This document shows positions 1 through 8,843 of a DNA stretch of 64,000 nucleotides, piece by piece. Source of the stretch: an uncultured Candidatus Saccharibacteria bacterium (GTDB lineage Bacteria > Patescibacteriota > Saccharimonadia > Saccharimonadales > Saccharimonadaceae); assembly GCA_963528595.1 (NCBI GenBank), contig CAURUU010000003.1, positions 11,042-75,041 of the forward strand, written 5' to 3'. Position 1 is the first letter of the stretch; each line of letters starts with the position of its first letter. The notes below the pieces were generated by a model that ran no database searches, was not told the origin of the DNA, and saw only the letters and a list, made by a program, of their open reading frames with translations. Position numbers and translations under genes: made by a program.

Positions 1-1
1 T

Positions 2-448
2 GAGTTCAGCTCACGGGTCGGTGCGTTTGAAGCTGGCGATGTCAAAGAACTCGGCAAAGAAGATGTGGTGGAAGGCGACGGCGCAGAAGTCAAAGATGAC
101 ACCAAATTTGCGGTGTATTACATTGGCTGGAACGCCAAGGGTGAAGTATTTGACCAGTCAATCGCTGATGGTAAGTTGAAAGCGCCGTTTGCTATAAACG
201 GTCCGGCGAATACGGCAGTCATCCAGGGTTGGAAAGAGGGCCTGGTTGGTATGAAGATCGGTGGCGTGCGCGAACTGACGATTCCAGCTGATAAGGCGTA
301 CGGTAGTCAAGGTCAGGGTGATAAAATTCCTGCCAATTCACCACTGAAATTTGTCATCATGGCTATCGAAAAGCCAGCAGATATCCCACAACCAGAAATG
401 CCAGAGATTATTAAACGATATTACAAGTCAAGGGGGCTCAATGTCTAA
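2..448 (+). CDS. FKBP-type peptidyl-prolyl cis-trans isomerase, 5' end outside the window
   Basis: The frame is open from base 2. The C-terminal FKBP signature GWKEGLVGMKIGGVRELTIPADKAYG...PLKFVI is present. Confidence 0.85.
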   Translation, partial: EFSSRVGAFEAGDVKELGKEDVVEGDGAEVKDDTKFAVYYIGWNAKGEVFDQSIADGKLKAPFAINGPANTAVIQGWKEGLVGMKIGGVRELTIPADKAYGSQGQGDKIPANSPLKFVIMAIEKPADIPQPEMPEIIKRYYKSRGLNV

Positions 449-1373
449 AGAAGTTATCATTGTTGGTGCTGGTCCAAGTGCGTTGACCGCAGCTATCTAT
501 CTGTCGCGCGAGGACGTGCCGACAACACTATATGAACGCGGCGTGGTCGGCGGTATGGCGGCCATTACTGATCAAATTGACAATTACCCAGGGTTTGCTG
601 AGGGTGTGACTGGCATGAAATTAGCCTCGGAGCTGCAGCAGCAGGCTGAGCGATTTGGCGCGGATATTGAGTACGGTGACGTGACGGAGCTGAAGCAAGT
701 CGACGGAGAGTTGGAGTTGACAATTGATGGTCAGCCAGTGCGAACTAAAGCCGTGCTGCTGGCGACTGGTTCAAATCATCGCAAACTGGGTGTGCCAGGC
801 GAAGATGAATTGTATGGCCGCGGTGTACATTACTGCGCAACGTGCGACGGTGCATTTTATCGCGATAAGAAACTGATCGTCGTTGGCGGCGGTAACTCAG
901 CGGTGCAAGAAGCGATATTTTTGACTCGCTACGCCAGCCACATTGATCTGTTGGTGCGCAGCGAATTACGTGCCAGCGATGTCCTGCAAAAAGAACTACA
1001 AAAATACGTTGACGCAGGCAACATTACCGTCCACATCGGTGCAACTACCGATGAAATTATCGTGAAAGACGACAAATTCTACGGTGTCAAATCAACCCAG
1101 AACGGCGAGCAGAAAGAGTTTACCGCAGACGGCTTATTCGTCTTCATCGGCTTGATTCCAAACACGCAGTTTTTGACAGACTCAGATGTTGAGCTGGACC
1201 TCGGCGGACACATTGTTACTGACGAACATTTGCGCACCAATATTCCCGGTGTCTTTGCTTCGGGTGACGTGCGTTCCGGTGCAACCATGCAAATCGCTTC
1301 GGCGGTTGGCGAGGGTGCGGTGGCGGCATTGCAAATTCGTGAATATTTACAAGAAAAAGCCAGAGAGGAGTAG
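441..1373 (+). CDS. trxB: thioredoxin-disulfide reductase
   Basis: ATG 441 follows an AGGGGG SD. Motifs seen: GAGPSALTAAIY (FAD), redox-active CATC in HYCATCDG, and GGGNSAVQEA (NADPH). The 351-440 extension in the ORF track overlaps the FKBP gene and was dropped. Confidence 0.93.
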   Translation: MSKEVIIVGAGPSALTAAIYLSREDVPTTLYERGVVGGMAAITDQIDNYPGFAEGVTGMKLASELQQQAERFGADIEYGDVTELKQVDGELELTIDGQPVRTKAVLLATGSNHRKLGVPGEDELYGRGVHYCATCDGAFYRDKKLIVVGGGNSAVQEAIFLTRYASHIDLLVRSELRASDVLQKELQKYVDAGNITVHIGATTDEIIVKDDKFYGVKSTQNGEQKEFTADGLFVFIGLIPNTQFLTDSDVELDLGGHIVTDEHLRTNIPGVFASGDVRSGATMQIASAVGEGAVAALQIREYLQEKAREE

Positions 1374-1376
1374 ACC

Positions 1377-1910
1377 ATGGCAGACTTCAATCAAATTTTA
1401 ACACCTGGTGACGTAGAAAATGGCATCGTTAATGTCGTTGTTGAAATCCCGCAAGGCTCAAACCACAAGATTGAGTGGAACCGTGAGCTGGCAGTCATGC
1501 AACTGGACCGCGTCGAGCCAGCAATTTTTGCCAAGCCAACCAACTACGGTTTCATCCCGCAGACATTGGACGAGGACGGCGATGAATTGGACGCTTTAAT
1601 CATCACCGACCAGCCACTGACAACGGGTATTTTCATGGAGGCAAAGGTTGTGGGTGTGCTGGAATTTGTTGATGACGATGAGGTTGACGACAAGGTGATT
1701 GTGGTGCCAGCTGATGACCGCAATACTGGCGATGCTATCAATTCGTTGGAAGACTTGCCGCCGCAGCTCCTCAAGCAAATTGAACATCATTTCAACCACT
1801 ACAAAGATATGAAGAAGCCAGGCTCAACAGTGGTCAAGGGCTTTGGTGATGTTGAACGCGCCAAGCAAATCATTCGCGATTCAATCACCCGCTGGAACGA
1901 GCGAGCGTAA
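1377..1910 (+). CDS. ppa: inorganic pyrophosphatase (family I)
   Basis: 177 aa. The acidic metal-binding run DEDGDELDALIITD and the overall Ppa layout are present. Confidence 0.92.
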   Translation: MADFNQILTPGDVENGIVNVVVEIPQGSNHKIEWNRELAVMQLDRVEPAIFAKPTNYGFIPQTLDEDGDELDALIITDQPLTTGIFMEAKVVGVLEFVDDDEVDDKVIVVPADDRNTGDAINSLEDLPPQLLKQIEHHFNHYKDMKKPGSTVVKGFGDVERAKQIIRDSITRWNERA

Positions 1911-1925
1911 GGATATTCACACCGT

Positions 1926-2047
1926 AAAACAATATCACGTCTCACCAAGTGCTCTTTATAGGTGACCTATGGTCAGCCTGTGGCGTTCGACTGACGGGGC
2001 TATCGCGCCCGTCACAGTCTCTGGAATGAGAGTGATATTGTTTTTTT
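1926..2047. other. long nested inverted repeat between convergent ppa and rel; either a bidirectional terminator or a small structured RNA
   Basis: The outer arms AAAACAATATCACGTCTC (1926-) and GAGAGTGATATTGTTTT (-2044) pair with one bulge. Inner hairpins are AGGTGACC-TAT-GGTCAGCCT and TGACGGG-GCTATCGCG-CCCGTCA. A run of T residues follows on the + strand. Confidence 0.5.
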
Positions 2048-2063
2048 ATACTCTACTTATTTA

Positions 2064-3581
2064 CTATCGATGCCGAAACAGTGATGAAACGCCGCCGGTC
2101 AGTTGCTGCAAGATGCCGCCGCTACGCGACAACTGCAGACGCAGCTTGTCTTTAGCGTGAGGCGTTATAATCAGCTCGCGCCAATCCGGCTTCGGGTGGG
2201 CGGACTTATTGGTTAAGACTTCAATGGTGTCGCCGTGCCGCAAGTGATAGGTAAACGGCTTCATGATGCCATTGATCTTGAAACCGCTAGCGTGCGCCGC
2301 GATGTCGGAGTGAATGCGGTAAGCATAATCCAGTGGAAAAGCACCGCGCGGCAAATCATAGATATCACCTTTTGGAGAATAAACGAAAATTCGGTCAGAG
2401 AATAATTTCATGCGGAACTTATCAGAGTCAAATCGTTTGCCCTCGCCAGCCAGCGCCGCTGCTTCCTGAAGGTCGCGAATCCACGACAGGTCTGCCGGCA
2501 TAGCGCCTATACGACCCTTTTTGTACGCGTCGGTTAATTTCTGCTCATTGTAGTGGAAGCTGGCCGCCAAACCACGCTCAGCGTATTCGTGCATCTCTTT
2601 GGTACGAATTTGAAATTCAACAATTTGCCCACTCGGCGTTTGCACGGTGGTGTGTAGACTTTGGTAACCGTTTGGCTTGGGGTTGGCGACATAATCTTTG
2701 ATCCGCTCGTACATCGGCTGATACATATCGTGCAGAATCCCTAGAACCAAATATCCTGTCGACAAATCATCAACAATCACTCGCAGGGCGATCAAATCAT
2801 AAATCTTATCGATATCGCCAACCTTATCAAGTTTTTTGAACAGGCTGTAGACGCTTTTGACGCGGCCGTCCATCTGGAAAACCAGCTTTTCTTCCTTTAG
2901 TCGCGCCTCGACTTCGCGGCGAACACGATCCAGCTTTCGCTGCGATTTTTTCAAGCGACTATCCATCAAACTTTTGGTGCGGTGAAAATCTTTCGGCATC
3001 AAATATTTGAAGCTCAATTCTTCCAGCTGCACACGCACGCGTCCCATGTTCAACCGGTCCGCCAGCGGTGCAAATACCTCGATCGTCTCGCGAGCAATTT
3101 TCTTCTGCTTCTCTGGCGACATAAATTGCAACGTCCGCATATTATGCAAGCGATCCGCCAGTTTGATGATAATCACCCGCACGTCTTCACCGACTGCGAT
3201 CATCAGCTTGGTCAAATTATCCTTGGTGTGCGGCAAATAGCTGTCCAGGCTACGCATGCCGGCGCGCGCCTGCGAAACCTTGGTCACACCATCCACCAAA
3301 AACGCCACATCTCGTCCAAATAAACTCTCCAACTCATCCAGCGTCGCGTCGGTGTCCTCGACCGTGTCATGCAGCACACCCGCCACCACCGTGTCGATGT
3401 CCATGCCCCACTCAATCAAAATCTCGGCCACCGCCAGTGGGTGATTGATATACGGCTCGCCGCTTTTGCGTTTTTGTCCAGCATGCTTTTCGGTCGCATA
3501 GTCAATCGCGCTTGCCAAAACCAGCACCGGCACCTCATCATACTTTTGCCCAGCTGTGGCGAGTAGCTCTTCACGCGTCAT
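2064..3581 (-). CDS. relA: short RelA/SpoT-homologue (p)ppGpp synthetase/hydrolase (HD + synthetase + TGS, no ACT/RRM)
   Basis: Motifs seen: HD motif HDTVEDT, synthetase core NGYQSLHTTV...EFQIRT, and a TGS-like region FVYSPKGDIYDLPRGAFPLDYAYRIH. The protein is only 505 aa. Confidence 0.9.
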   Translation of the reverse strand: MTREELLATAGQKYDEVPVLVLASAIDYATEKHAGQKRKSGEPYINHPLAVAEILIEWGMDIDTVVAGVLHDTVEDTDATLDELESLFGRDVAFLVDGVTKVSQARAGMRSLDSYLPHTKDNLTKLMIAVGEDVRVIIIKLADRLHNMRTLQFMSPEKQKKIARETIEVFAPLADRLNMGRVRVQLEELSFKYLMPKDFHRTKSLMDSRLKKSQRKLDRVRREVEARLKEEKLVFQMDGRVKSVYSLFKKLDKVGDIDKIYDLIALRVIVDDLSTGYLVLGILHDMYQPMYERIKDYVANPKPNGYQSLHTTVQTPSGQIVEFQIRTKEMHEYAERGLAASFHYNEQKLTDAYKKGRIGAMPADLSWIRDLQEAAALAGEGKRFDSDKFRMKLFSDRIFVYSPKGDIYDLPRGAFPLDYAYRIHSDIAAHASGFKINGIMKPFTYHLRHGDTIEVLTNKSAHPKPDWRELIITPHAKDKLRLQLSRSGGILQQLTGGVSSLFRHR

Positions 3582-3614
3582 ATATATAGTATAACATTAT
3601 GGTATAATAATGGG

Positions 3615-4778
3615 ATGAAAAATCCGCTCGTCCGACGCTTGGCGCCACTGTTTATTGCGAAGTTCCTGTTGTGTTTTGTGTTTTGGTATTCCATTGAAAA
3701 ACTCTTTATGTACAGCATAGGATTCAATGATGCCAGTATTGGTTTGATGGCGGCGATTTATGCGGTAATGTCAGTCTTCATGGAAGTACCATCTGGTGTG
3801 CTGGCGGATCGCTGGAGTCGAAAAGGCGTCATGATTTTGTCAGCCTTAAGTATGTTGCTGAGTAGTTATTTTGGGTGGATTAGTAATGACCCGTCGCTAT
3901 ATGTTGTGTCGGCAGCATTTTGGGGATTCTTTGATGCTCTTGCCAGCGGTACTGGTTCAGCTATGATTTATGACTTGCTTAAAGAAGAACAGGGACATAC
4001 AAGAAACTATGATAAAATTTTGGGTCGCTTTGAGATGCTTGGCGGCATCGCTTTAATTATCAGTGCGTTATTGGGCGGATGGCTGGCGTCTGCTACATCG
4101 CTTAGGTCGGCGTTTTTTGCGACAATTATTACCGCAGGGTTAGCAGCAGTGGTCTTATTGTTCTATCGAGACACAACGATTCATAAACAATCAACCGATG
4201 CGAAATTGATCGAGCATACGAAAGGTACGTTTGCGGCTGTTTTCAAAAATCCTGACCTTGTTTGGCTGGTGGTTGTTATGCTGGTAGTATTTTTGGTGCA
4301 GAAAATGAACGGTGAGTTCTATCAACTGTGGTATGCGGCGTTGTCTATGCCGGCGGCATTGTTTGGTATAGCAGGAGCTATCATCACGGGTACGTACAGT
4401 TCTGGCGGTGCGATTGTTCGCTTCTTTGCCACTCGACGACGAGTCCTATTGGCGCTAGCTGTCTGCTTCATCTCCGCAATTGGCATGACTGTCAGTCCGT
4501 CATTTTGGCTAACCGTTGGACTGCAGTTTGTCATTGGTACATTGTCGTTTGCACTAGTTCTTGCGCTGACGTCAAAAATGCAGCACTATCTACCATCAAA
4601 ATATCGCGCTGGTGCTGGTTCGGTGATCAATACTGTTGGTCGTCTGATATTCATCCCATGCGCATTACTATTTGGTTTTCTGTCAAATGCTACAAGTATT
4701 TTTATTGCAGGGTCTATGACGGTTGTATTTATCGGCATTGGTCTATTTGCAGAGTTTCACGCTAGAAGAGAAAAATAG
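3615..4778 (+). CDS. MFS-type transporter
   Basis: 387 aa with roughly 12 hydrophobic segments and the loop motif GVLADRWSRKG. TATAAT at 3603-3608 lies 6 nt before the ATG. Confidence 0.8.
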   Translation: MKNPLVRRLAPLFIAKFLLCFVFWYSIEKLFMYSIGFNDASIGLMAAIYAVMSVFMEVPSGVLADRWSRKGVMILSALSMLLSSYFGWISNDPSLYVVSAAFWGFFDALASGTGSAMIYDLLKEEQGHTRNYDKILGRFEMLGGIALIISALLGGWLASATSLRSAFFATIITAGLAAVVLLFYRDTTIHKQSTDAKLIEHTKGTFAAVFKNPDLVWLVVVMLVVFLVQKMNGEFYQLWYAALSMPAALFGIAGAIITGTYSSGGAIVRFFATRRRVLLALAVCFISAIGMTVSPSFWLTVGLQFVIGTLSFALVLALTSKMQHYLPSKYRAGAGSVINTVGRLIFIPCALLFGFLSNATSIFIAGSMTVVFIGIGLFAEFHARREK

Positions 4779-4826
4779 TTTGGTATATAATAGGAGAAAA
4801 GGCTAACGCTTAACAGGGAGGGCAGT

Positions 4827-5849
4827 ATGGCAGCAACAAGAATAGCAATTAACGGCTTTGGGCGGATTGGGCGCAATGCGTTTAAGATTGCGCGTGAGCG
4901 TAGCGACCTAGAGATTGTCGCTATCAATGATTTGACGGACACTAAAACATTGGCATATCTGCTCAAGCATGACAGCAACTATGGTGAATACGGACGCCAG
5001 GTGACATTTACAGAAAATGAGCTTATCGTCGATGGCCAATCTGTCAAGGTTTTGGCAGAGAAAGAGCCGCAGCAATTGCCGTGGAAAGATATGAATATCG
5101 ATGTAGTGATTGAATCGACTGGCTTCTTTACTGACAAAGAGGGCGCAGGCAAACACCTGGAAGCTGGTGCGAAACGTGTCGTCATTAGCGGTCCCACCAA
5201 GTCTGATGGTGTGGATACGATTGTATTTGGTACCAATGACGACAAGATCGCCTCGGCGACGCCAATTGTTTCTAACGCCAGTTGTACTACCAACAGTTTG
5301 GGTGCGGTAATGGCTGTCCTGGACGCAGAGTTTGGCGTGGAAAAATCAATACTGACAACAGTGCACAGCTACACTGCCAGCCAGCGTCTGCAGGACGCAC
5401 CAGCTAAGGACCTGCGCGAAGGTCGCAATGCCGCTGAGAACATGGTGCCAACAACAACAGGTGCAGCTATTGCCGTGACCAAAACGTTGCCACAGCTGAC
5501 TGGCAAATTTGACGGCCTGAGTGTCCGTGTACCAACGCCAGTGGTGTCGCTCAGTGACGTGACAGCGTTGCTCAGACGTGACGTGACGGTCGAGCAAGTA
5601 AATGAAGCCTTCAAAAAAGCAGCTCAAGACACGTTCTATCAGGGCATTTTGGGTGTCAGTGAAGATCCGCTCGTCAGCAGGGATTTCATCGGCAATTCAC
5701 ACTCCGGAGTTGTTGATTTGCCACTCACCAAAGTCGTTGGTGGTAATCTGATAAAAGTCATGGTTTGGTATGACAATGAATGGGGCTATTCAAACCGTTT
5801 GGTGGAGTTGGTGGCAGACATTGGCGCTGTATTGAAGCGCGCTGGCTAA
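4827..5849 (+). CDS. gap: glyceraldehyde-3-phosphate dehydrogenase
   Basis: NGFGRIGR Rossmann motif and catalytic SNASCTTN. A GGGAGGG SD lies upstream. Confidence 0.95.
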   Translation: MAATRIAINGFGRIGRNAFKIARERSDLEIVAINDLTDTKTLAYLLKHDSNYGEYGRQVTFTENELIVDGQSVKVLAEKEPQQLPWKDMNIDVVIESTGFFTDKEGAGKHLEAGAKRVVISGPTKSDGVDTIVFGTNDDKIASATPIVSNASCTTNSLGAVMAVLDAEFGVEKSILTTVHSYTASQRLQDAPAKDLREGRNAAENMVPTTTGAAIAVTKTLPQLTGKFDGLSVRVPTPVVSLSDVTALLRRDVTVEQVNEAFKKAAQDTFYQGILGVSEDPLVSRDFIGNSHSGVVDLPLTKVVGGNLIKVMVWYDNEWGYSNRLVELVADIGAVLKRAG

Positions 5850-5886
5850 TTTGCAAAAAGCTCCTAAACCGCTTATACTTATGAGT

Positions 5887-6339
5887 ATGAAAATTTACTT
5901 GGGGTCTGATCATCGCGGCTTTTTGTTGAAAGAAAAGGTCTTCGCGTATTTGGTGAAAAATAACTACGAAGTCGAAGACGTCGGTGGGCGAGAATTGAAC
6001 CCGGACGATGATTTCCCTCAGTTTGCTCAGGCAGCAGCCCTACGAGTGATTGGTGACGAATCAGACGATCCGCGAGCGATTTTGATTTGTGGCGGCGGTC
6101 AAGGTATGTGCATGGCAGCGAACCGTTTCAAAGGTATCCGTGCCAGTGTCATTTGGGATGCCTACGAAGCTAAAATGACACGCCAGGACAATAACTCAAA
6201 TGTGTTGTGTTTGCCAGCTCGTGTTTTGGAGGACAATGAAGCGGCGTGGAAGGGAATCATGGAAACATGGCTCAACACTCCGTATGTTAATGCACCAAGA
6301 TTTAATAGGCGCAATGCGCAATTGGACCAATTATTATGA
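5887..6339 (+). CDS. rpiB: ribose-5-phosphate isomerase B (RpiB/LacAB family)
   Basis: The start was moved to ATG 5887 (MKIYLGSDHRGF). The CGGGQGM motif is present. TTGCAA-17-TATACT (5851-5879) ends 7 nt before this ATG. Confidence 0.88.
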   Translation: MKIYLGSDHRGFLLKEKVFAYLVKNNYEVEDVGGRELNPDDDFPQFAQAAALRVIGDESDDPRAILICGGGQGMCMAANRFKGIRASVIWDAYEAKMTRQDNNSNVLCLPARVLEDNEAAWKGIMETWLNTPYVNAPRFNRRNAQLDQLL

Positions 6340-6986
6340 CCACAGTAATCACCCCCAGTATTTTGGCAGAAAATGTCGATCAATACAAAGAACAGATTGA
6401 GCGAATTACTGGTTTTGCCGAGCGAGCACACGTTGATATTTCTGATGGGCAATTTGCGCCAAACTTGACAGTTGGTTTGCGGGATCTGTGGGCACCAGAA
6501 GGCTGGCAAATTGATATTCATGCCATGGTGAAAAATGTCGATGAATACATAGAAGATTTGGTGGCGCTACGCCCAAATATGATTTTGCTCCACGCTGAGT
6601 CTGACGGCGACATCCTTGGCGCGCTGCAGAAAATTAAACAAGCAGATATCAAAGCTGGCTTGGTGTTGATGCGCCCAACCGTCCCGAGTACCGTCGTTGA
6701 CCTTATCAAGGCAGCGGATCACGTCATGATATTTTCTGGTGAGCTTGGCCGTTTTGGCGGTAGTGCCAGTTTGATGCAATTGGAAAAAATCCGTCTCATC
6801 AAAGACATCAACCCGGCTGTAGAAATTGGCTGGGACGGTGGCGTTATGCCAGACAACGCCTATGGCTTGGCGCACAGCGGCGTCAATGTTTTGGTGGTTG
6901 GTGGTGCCATCCAAAAATCGCCAAATCCTCGAGAAGCCTATCAAAACATTCAAAATGAAATTAACAAAAAGGGCATGTTGGGCTAG
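6336..6986 (+). CDS. rpe: ribulose-phosphate 3-epimerase-like TIM-barrel protein
   Basis: HVDISDGQFAPN motif, 216 aa, ATGA overlap with rpiB, and a pentose-phosphate gene context. Confidence 0.75.
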   Translation: MTTVITPSILAENVDQYKEQIERITGFAERAHVDISDGQFAPNLTVGLRDLWAPEGWQIDIHAMVKNVDEYIEDLVALRPNMILLHAESDGDILGALQKIKQADIKAGLVLMRPTVPSTVVDLIKAADHVMIFSGELGRFGGSASLMQLEKIRLIKDINPAVEIGWDGGVMPDNAYGLAHSGVNVLVVGGAIQKSPNPREAYQNIQNEINKKGMLG

Positions 6987-7822
6987 TGCCGCTAAACGTC
7001 ACGTGTAAACAATTGGAGCAGCATGCCTCGTCAGTGCGCCGCTCCATCATCACCATGCTGGAACAGGCTGGTAGTGGTCACACTGCTGGCGCCTTAGGCT
7101 TGGCGGACATCATGACAGCTTTGTATTTTGCCGTGCTTCACATCAGTCCAGAAAACCCTGATTGGGATGAACGAGATCTCTTCGTCATGAGCAATGGTCA
7201 CTGCGCGCCAGTATTGTACGCGACTTTGGCGGAGCGTGGTTTCTTTCCCAGGACAGAATTGGCGACACTCAGACAGTTTGGTTCTCGACTGCAGGGGCAT
7301 CCAGAACGTCAAGCGCTACCTGGCGTTGAGACGACTAGCGGGCCATTGGGCTCAGGCTTGAGCCAAGCTTCTGGCATGGCGTACCATGTGCGATATTTAC
7401 ATCCACAGCCCAAGCGGTTTGTCTATTGTCTGATGGGCGATGGTGAATTAGACGAAGGTAATATCTGGGAAGCAGCGATGTTTGCTAGTAAATACAACTT
7501 GGGTAATATGATCGGCATCGTTGATCGTAACAATATTCAAATTGGCGGTAGTACTGAGGACGTCATGCCGCTGGAGGATTTGCAAGGCAAATGGCGCAGT
7601 TTTGGCTGGCACGTTCAGGAAATTGATGGGCACAATATGGAGAGTATCTGTGAAGCCGTGAGTATGGCTCGTGCTGTGACAGACAGACCAAGTATCATTA
7701 TCGCCCACACCATACCAGGCAAAGGGGTCGATTTTATGGAAGGCGACTACCATTGGCATGGGAAAGTTCCTACTGTCGAGGAAGCGCAGCGAGCGTTAGC
7801 TCAGTTGGAGGATAGGAAATGA
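6986..7822 (+). CDS. transketolase, N-terminal (TPP-binding) subunit
   Basis: GSGHTAGALG and GDGELDEGNIWEA motifs. The start is GTG and overlaps the rpe stop. Confidence 0.9.
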   Translation: MPLNVTCKQLEQHASSVRRSIITMLEQAGSGHTAGALGLADIMTALYFAVLHISPENPDWDERDLFVMSNGHCAPVLYATLAERGFFPRTELATLRQFGSRLQGHPERQALPGVETTSGPLGSGLSQASGMAYHVRYLHPQPKRFVYCLMGDGELDEGNIWEAAMFASKYNLGNMIGIVDRNNIQIGGSTEDVMPLEDLQGKWRSFGWHVQEIDGHNMESICEAVSMARAVTDRPSIIIAHTIPGKGVDFMEGDYHWHGKVPTVEEAQRALAQLEDRK

Positions 7823-8781
7823 TGTATCTACGTGAAGATTGGCAAACGCCCACCTATGCTTCGGTGCGAGGTGGCTTTGGTGACGGTTTGGTTGCACTGG
7901 CCAAGCAGGATGACCGCGTCGTGGCGCTCAGTGCGGACCTGGTAGCAAGCGTTGGCTTTGGTAAATTTGCCAAGCATATCGGTGCGCCGAGACTCATTGA
8001 AGTTGGTGTGGCGGAACAAAACTTAGTGACGGTGGCGTCTGGGCTGGCAGCCATGGGTAACATTCCGTTTGCCGCTAGCTACGCTTCGTTTAGTCCAGGA
8101 CGTAACTGGGAGCAAATTCGCACGACGATTTGTCTCAATAATCAGCCGGTCAAGCTGGTCGGTTCACACGTAGGGCTGAACGTGGGTCCAGATGGTGCAA
8201 CACACCAAATGCTGGAGGATATCGCGCTGATGCGGAGCTTGCCAAACATGGTAGTGCTGGCGCCGGGCGATGCGCATGAGGCTGAGTTGATGGCGGCGGC
8301 GATGGTGGCTGATTCACGGCCAAACTATGTGCGATTGCCGCGGGCTGATGTGCCACTGTTTTTAAATCAGGCAACATTTGAAATTGGCAAAGCTTACGTG
8401 TTGCGCGAAGGAAAAGACGTGGCGTTGCTGGGCACTGGCACGATGACCTGTCAATTACTACTGGCAGCGGAAATACTGGCAAATCAGCATAGCATCCAGG
8501 CGGAGGTTGTTCATTTCCCAACCATCAAGCCGTTGGATGAGGCAGCAGTGTTGGGTGCTGCCCAAAAATGCGGCCGTGTGGTGACGGCCGAAGAGGGGCA
8601 GATCGCTGGCGGATTCGGCTCAAGTGTGGCGGAACTACTCAGTGAGCATTTACCGGTGAAAGTGAAACGAATTGGTGTGGACAATGTGTTTGGTGAGTCA
8701 GGTAAAACGTCTGAATTGTGGCAAAAGCATGGTTTAGATATCGATTCAATTGTGCGTAGCGTCGTAAATTTTCTCCAATGA
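7819..8781 (+). CDS. transketolase, C-terminal (pyrimidine-binding) subunit
   Basis: VGVAEQNLVTVASGLA motif, 320 aa, 4-nt overlap with the N-terminal subunit gene. Confidence 0.9.
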   Translation: MMYLREDWQTPTYASVRGGFGDGLVALAKQDDRVVALSADLVASVGFGKFAKHIGAPRLIEVGVAEQNLVTVASGLAAMGNIPFAASYASFSPGRNWEQIRTTICLNNQPVKLVGSHVGLNVGPDGATHQMLEDIALMRSLPNMVVLAPGDAHEAELMAAAMVADSRPNYVRLPRADVPLFLNQATFEIGKAYVLREGKDVALLGTGTMTCQLLLAAEILANQHSIQAEVVHFPTIKPLDEAAVLGAAQKCGRVVTAEEGQIAGGFGSSVAELLSEHLPVKVKRIGVDNVFGESGKTSELWQKHGLDIDSIVRSVVNFLQ

Positions 8782-8843
8782 AAATAGCCCACCCAGAAAG
8801 GCTCCAGCCGAGGTCTAAAACCTCAAGGCGAGCTATTTTCTGG
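8775..8843. repeat. palindromic intergenic element, copy A (CCAAtGAAAATAGCCC...GAGCTATTTTCTGG)
   Basis: GAAAATAGC pairs with GCTATTTTC, with an inner GAGGT-CTAAA-ACCTC hairpin. It is near-identical at both ends to copy B (33169-33238). Confidence 0.6.

Noticed and set aside
351-440. Upstream extensions offered by the ORF track for several genes: trxB (351), fba (9168), the 17039 membrane gene (16979), pilB (27537), the DUF1524 nuclease (36252), nusA (38754), the malic enzyme (30525), trehalase (62959), rarA (60094) and rpiB (5851).
   Set aside because: In each case the extension overlaps the neighbouring gene or lies upstream of the recognisable -10 box or SD. The conserved N-terminus also begins at the internal start.
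1926-2047. The possibility that the nested hairpin element is SRP (4.5S) RNA or a tRNA-like gene.
   Set aside because: It has no GGAA/GNAR-capped helix-8 motif and no AGCA/GGAAG symmetric-loop sequences. It also has no cloverleaf with a T-loop and acceptor stem.
1969-2160. A 63-aa plus-strand ORF in the ppa-rel gap.
   Set aside because: It has no SD, overlaps the 3' end of rel and coincides with the nested inverted repeat. It is better explained as RNA structure or a terminator.
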